Under the pieces are notes generated by a model that saw nothing but the letters and a program-made list of their open reading frames with translations, was not told where the DNA came from and made no database searches. DNA of 64,000 bases from Rhodosorus marinus CCMP1338 (Eukaryota > Plantae > Rhodophyta): the NCBI GenBank assembly GCA_029953675.1, contig JAMWBK010000009.1, positions 1,240,001 to 1,304,000 on the forward strand, given 5' to 3'. The position numbers and the translations under genes were made by a program. Shown in pieces: positions 61,087-64,000 of this stretch; position 1 is the stretch's first letter, and each line of letters opens with the position of its first letter.

Positions 61087-61809
61087 ATGACGAAGCAGGA
61101 GATGAGAAAACCGGTTTGTACGTTTGTGTCGTCTCGCGTTTTCCTGGTTTTTATCTTCTAGCCTAGTTTTGCAAGCGTTTGAGTGTTTGTAAATGGTTGA
61201 ATGGCGTCAACTTTAGTGGTTCCCTCGCTATCGGCTCGCGAGTTCTCCTCGTCTGTCACTTGGAATCGGGCGCTGGTTGAGCTTTCGGGGGCACTTTGCT
61301 GAATACGAGTGGCGATCTCGGGTTTGTTGTTGAAACTTGTAGTTATAAAGCTTGAGGATGTACAGCCGGCGACGAAGGGACACAACATAATTGTTAAAGT
61401 AGTAGAAAGGAAGATCGTGCTCGACAAGAGAAGAACAAACGGAGAGGGTCTGCGCATCGCGGAATGTCTCATAGGTGATGAGACGGCTACTGCGTTGTTC
61501 ACGGCAAGAAACGGTACTAGGGCACCCCAATGGAGCCCTACGAGCCTGGCTAGTCTGCGTCAAGTTTGAACCATTTGCTTACCCATACCTCCTGTGTTGC
61601 TGTTCGCAGAGCAAATAGATCAGATGCCTGTAGGGGCTGTTGTCGCGCTTCGAAATTGTAAGGTTAACATGCATAAGAATTTCATGCGGTTGGCTGTTGA
61701 CAAGTGGGGAGTGATCAAGCCGGTGGAGGATGTGGACTTACCAACCGAGAAAATTAACTCAAGAAATATTTCAGCTGTAGAATATGAATTGGTCAACGTC
61801 AGCAAGTAG
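61087..61809 (+). CDS. Small single-OB-fold nucleic-acid-binding protein (At4g28440-like / SSB-like); 3 exons
   Basis: MRKPVF|IKLEDVQPATKGHNIIVKVV...RIAECLIGDETATALFTARN|EQIDQM...LRNCKVNMHKNFMRLAVDKWG...NISAVEYELV, joined in frame by GT-AG introns. Confidence 0.9.
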
Positions 61810-61986
61810 ATGACGGGTGCTGTTGTTGCTTCTGTGTGTGTTGCATGAGTTTTTTTTTTGCGTACGAGCGGGCAGGATAAAAATCTCAATCCATTTTCAG
61901 TCGTTTTTCTTTTGGTGTGGAGCCTTGACATTTGCGGACGAATCTGTTCATTTATTTGATACTCGACATCTTCGATTCAAAATTGG

Positions 61987-64000
61987 CTAGTTCTTCAAAA
62001 GCATGTCCATACGCGAGAGGAGCGAGTCAACTCTGTCGTTGAGAGCCGATAGAGCAACCGTCTCATCAAGTATGCGCCTTTCCCCAGTTCCCTGTTTAAT
62101 TCCCACATCCAAACTCCTCAAGCGCTCTTCGAGAGAGTAGATAGCCCTGTCCTGCTCAGCTATCTGTTCTCCACAAAGACCAAGATCGAGGATTTTCAGA
62201 TACTTGACGGGGCGGAACAGAGGTAATACTCGGGACAGTTTTGCCAACGTACCTTTGCGCTCTTCACATTCGCATCAGCTACAGCAGCGATGTACTTCTT
62301 CTCCATCTCTAATCTCTGATTTTCAATCTCTTCGATCTTGGCTTCCATTTCCCTCACTCTGGACATCAGGGCTTCCTTGTCGCCTGCCGACTCCTTGGTT
62401 GTGGTAGAGTGCGGTATCGAGGCCCCCGGAGAAGTTTGGGGAACCTCAGGACGCGACGGTGGTGGTTTGGAAGCCAACGGCAACATCGAGCTCACTCTCA
62501 TCGACTGTGAATCATTCCCAGACTTGGTGGTAAGCAAACCTGGCACTCTGAATTGCTCGCTTCCGACAATCAGACGTGGACCTTGACCCACATGAAAAGC
62601 AGGCATTGGCTTCTGGATGTCCATCTTGACGGGCTGGAGCTCTGGAAATTCAAAAACTGTAACATGGATGCAGGTTGGAGCGGCTTAGCAAACAACACCG
62701 GTCGAAAGTTCCTTTTTTTGGCACTGACAGAGAGCGAAAATGTACCATCCTCTGGTGGGGTAACCGTCGCGGACCCGCTAGCATCGTATGCTTCACTCAC
62801 GCTAGATTCTAGCCACGTCTCACGGACCACACCGCTGTCATAGCCACTCACGGCCAGCGCACCATTCCTGGACGAGCATAGAGAGCAATGATCAACGTGC
62901 AATCTGGTGGTGTGATTACAGACCTCCGGACTAGGACAGTTGGACAGCACACTATCACTCACTTTGTCATTGCAACTGCCAATATAGCATCATCTCCCTT
63001 CTCAACAATCTTCTCAGTAAACGAGTGACCAGCCAGTCTCCATGATCGCATAGTGCCATCCGACGAACCCGAAATAGCAAGGTCTCCGGATCCATTCACT
63101 GCAACGGACCAGACGCGAAGCTCATGGCCTTGCATGACTAAACGAGTTCAACCACATACAGGGTAAAAATTCGAGCGGGGTAGGTGAGTTGTTTGGTCCT
63201 GGAAGACATGTTTGATGTGCAACCCTACTGCTTTCTTGTTTCAGATTGTTCAAATCCCAGAGTCGAACAGTCTTATCTCCACTGCAGCTAACAATTTTTG
63301 GATAAGATGGGCCGTCAGACAAGTCCACGGCGTGAACCCATCCCGTATGTCCTAGCAGGTTGTGAACCTTTTTTGTTGTTCGTTTCCGTCAGCGAAGCAG
63401 GCGTTTCAGCGCTATTTGATAGCAAATCCTCAAGCGTGGAGGGAACCTTTTGCCGAACTCACCTCTCGTGTCTTGGACGCTCTAATGTCCCACAATTTAA
63501 TAGCCTTATCACGACCTCCGGAAACGACGAGGTTTCCGCTGCTGACCTCATCAGAACTGGTTGCGACGGCAACGCACTTAACCCACCCTTTGTGTCCTTC
63601 GAGTTTTACGATCTGTTTCTGTGTCTCAACATCCCACAACCGCACACATTCATCCTTCCCGCTGGAAGCAACCACTCTCCCTTCGTCGGTACTTGAAATC
63701 CCGGTAATATCAAGCGCATCGTGTGCTGCCTTCAGCTCCCATTTCTTCTCCGCTTTGACTCCTCCATGATCATCGGAATTCAGCAAAAGTCTTGTGCAAC
63801 ACACAGATCCATGCGCGTCTCCTTCAAACAGCAGGTCTCTTCTGCCCAAGTCCAACGCAGATACCAAGGAACCATGAACACTCACCGTATGAAGTGCTCC
63901 GACATCACCTCCGACTTGATGAACCGCCACAACCCCAGATGCGCTTCCAGAAACAAAAAGGTCTTCGCTCGGAGACAGGCTGATGCACGAAACAGCAGCC
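61987..64000 (-). CDS. WD40-repeat protein with C-terminal coiled coil; 5' end lies beyond the window
   Basis: Repeated GH...WD units (LEGHKGWVKCVAV, VRLWDVET, IKLWDIR, VRLWDLNN); heptad-rich C-terminal exons. Confidence 0.88.

Noticed and set aside
1-64000. Alternative genetic code or stop readthrough to explain the many in-frame stops
   Set aside because: All well-supported genes end at ordinary TAA/TAG/TGA and contain no internal stops; the interrupted frames show all three stop types plus indels, consistent with decay.

Overview
Eukaryotic nuclear DNA. Genes have short GT-AG introns (mostly ~60-280 nt), and coding islands of roughly balanced GC alternate with AT-rich spacers. The gene set and the MAF/MxxAFV-type transit peptides suggest a unicellular red alga (inference). 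About 18 protein-coding genes are supportable: membrane-anchored NUDIX hydrolase, beta-amylase, PPR protein, TreZ/GlgB-like GH13, type II glutaminyl cyclase, acylated multi-LIM protein, two C2H2 zinc-finger genes, PUS7/TruD, a coiled-coil protein, a His-hexapeptide-repeat protein, beta-hydroxyacid dehydrogenase, AFG1 ATPase, LC8, a sucrose-phosphatase-like protein, HisRS, an OB-fold protein and a partial WD40 gene. The 9-35 kb stretch is gene-poor and rich in decayed reading frames. It holds two mutually homologous relics of an RLE-type (CRE-like) non-LTR retrotransposon and a pseudogenised C2H2 gene carrying an 87-bp tandem array. No rRNA, tRNA, snRNA or CRISPR array was recognised. Long homopolymer runs and apparent 1-nt indels suggest long-read errors, so some frameshift calls may be artefacts. 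Exon boundaries were inferred by eye.
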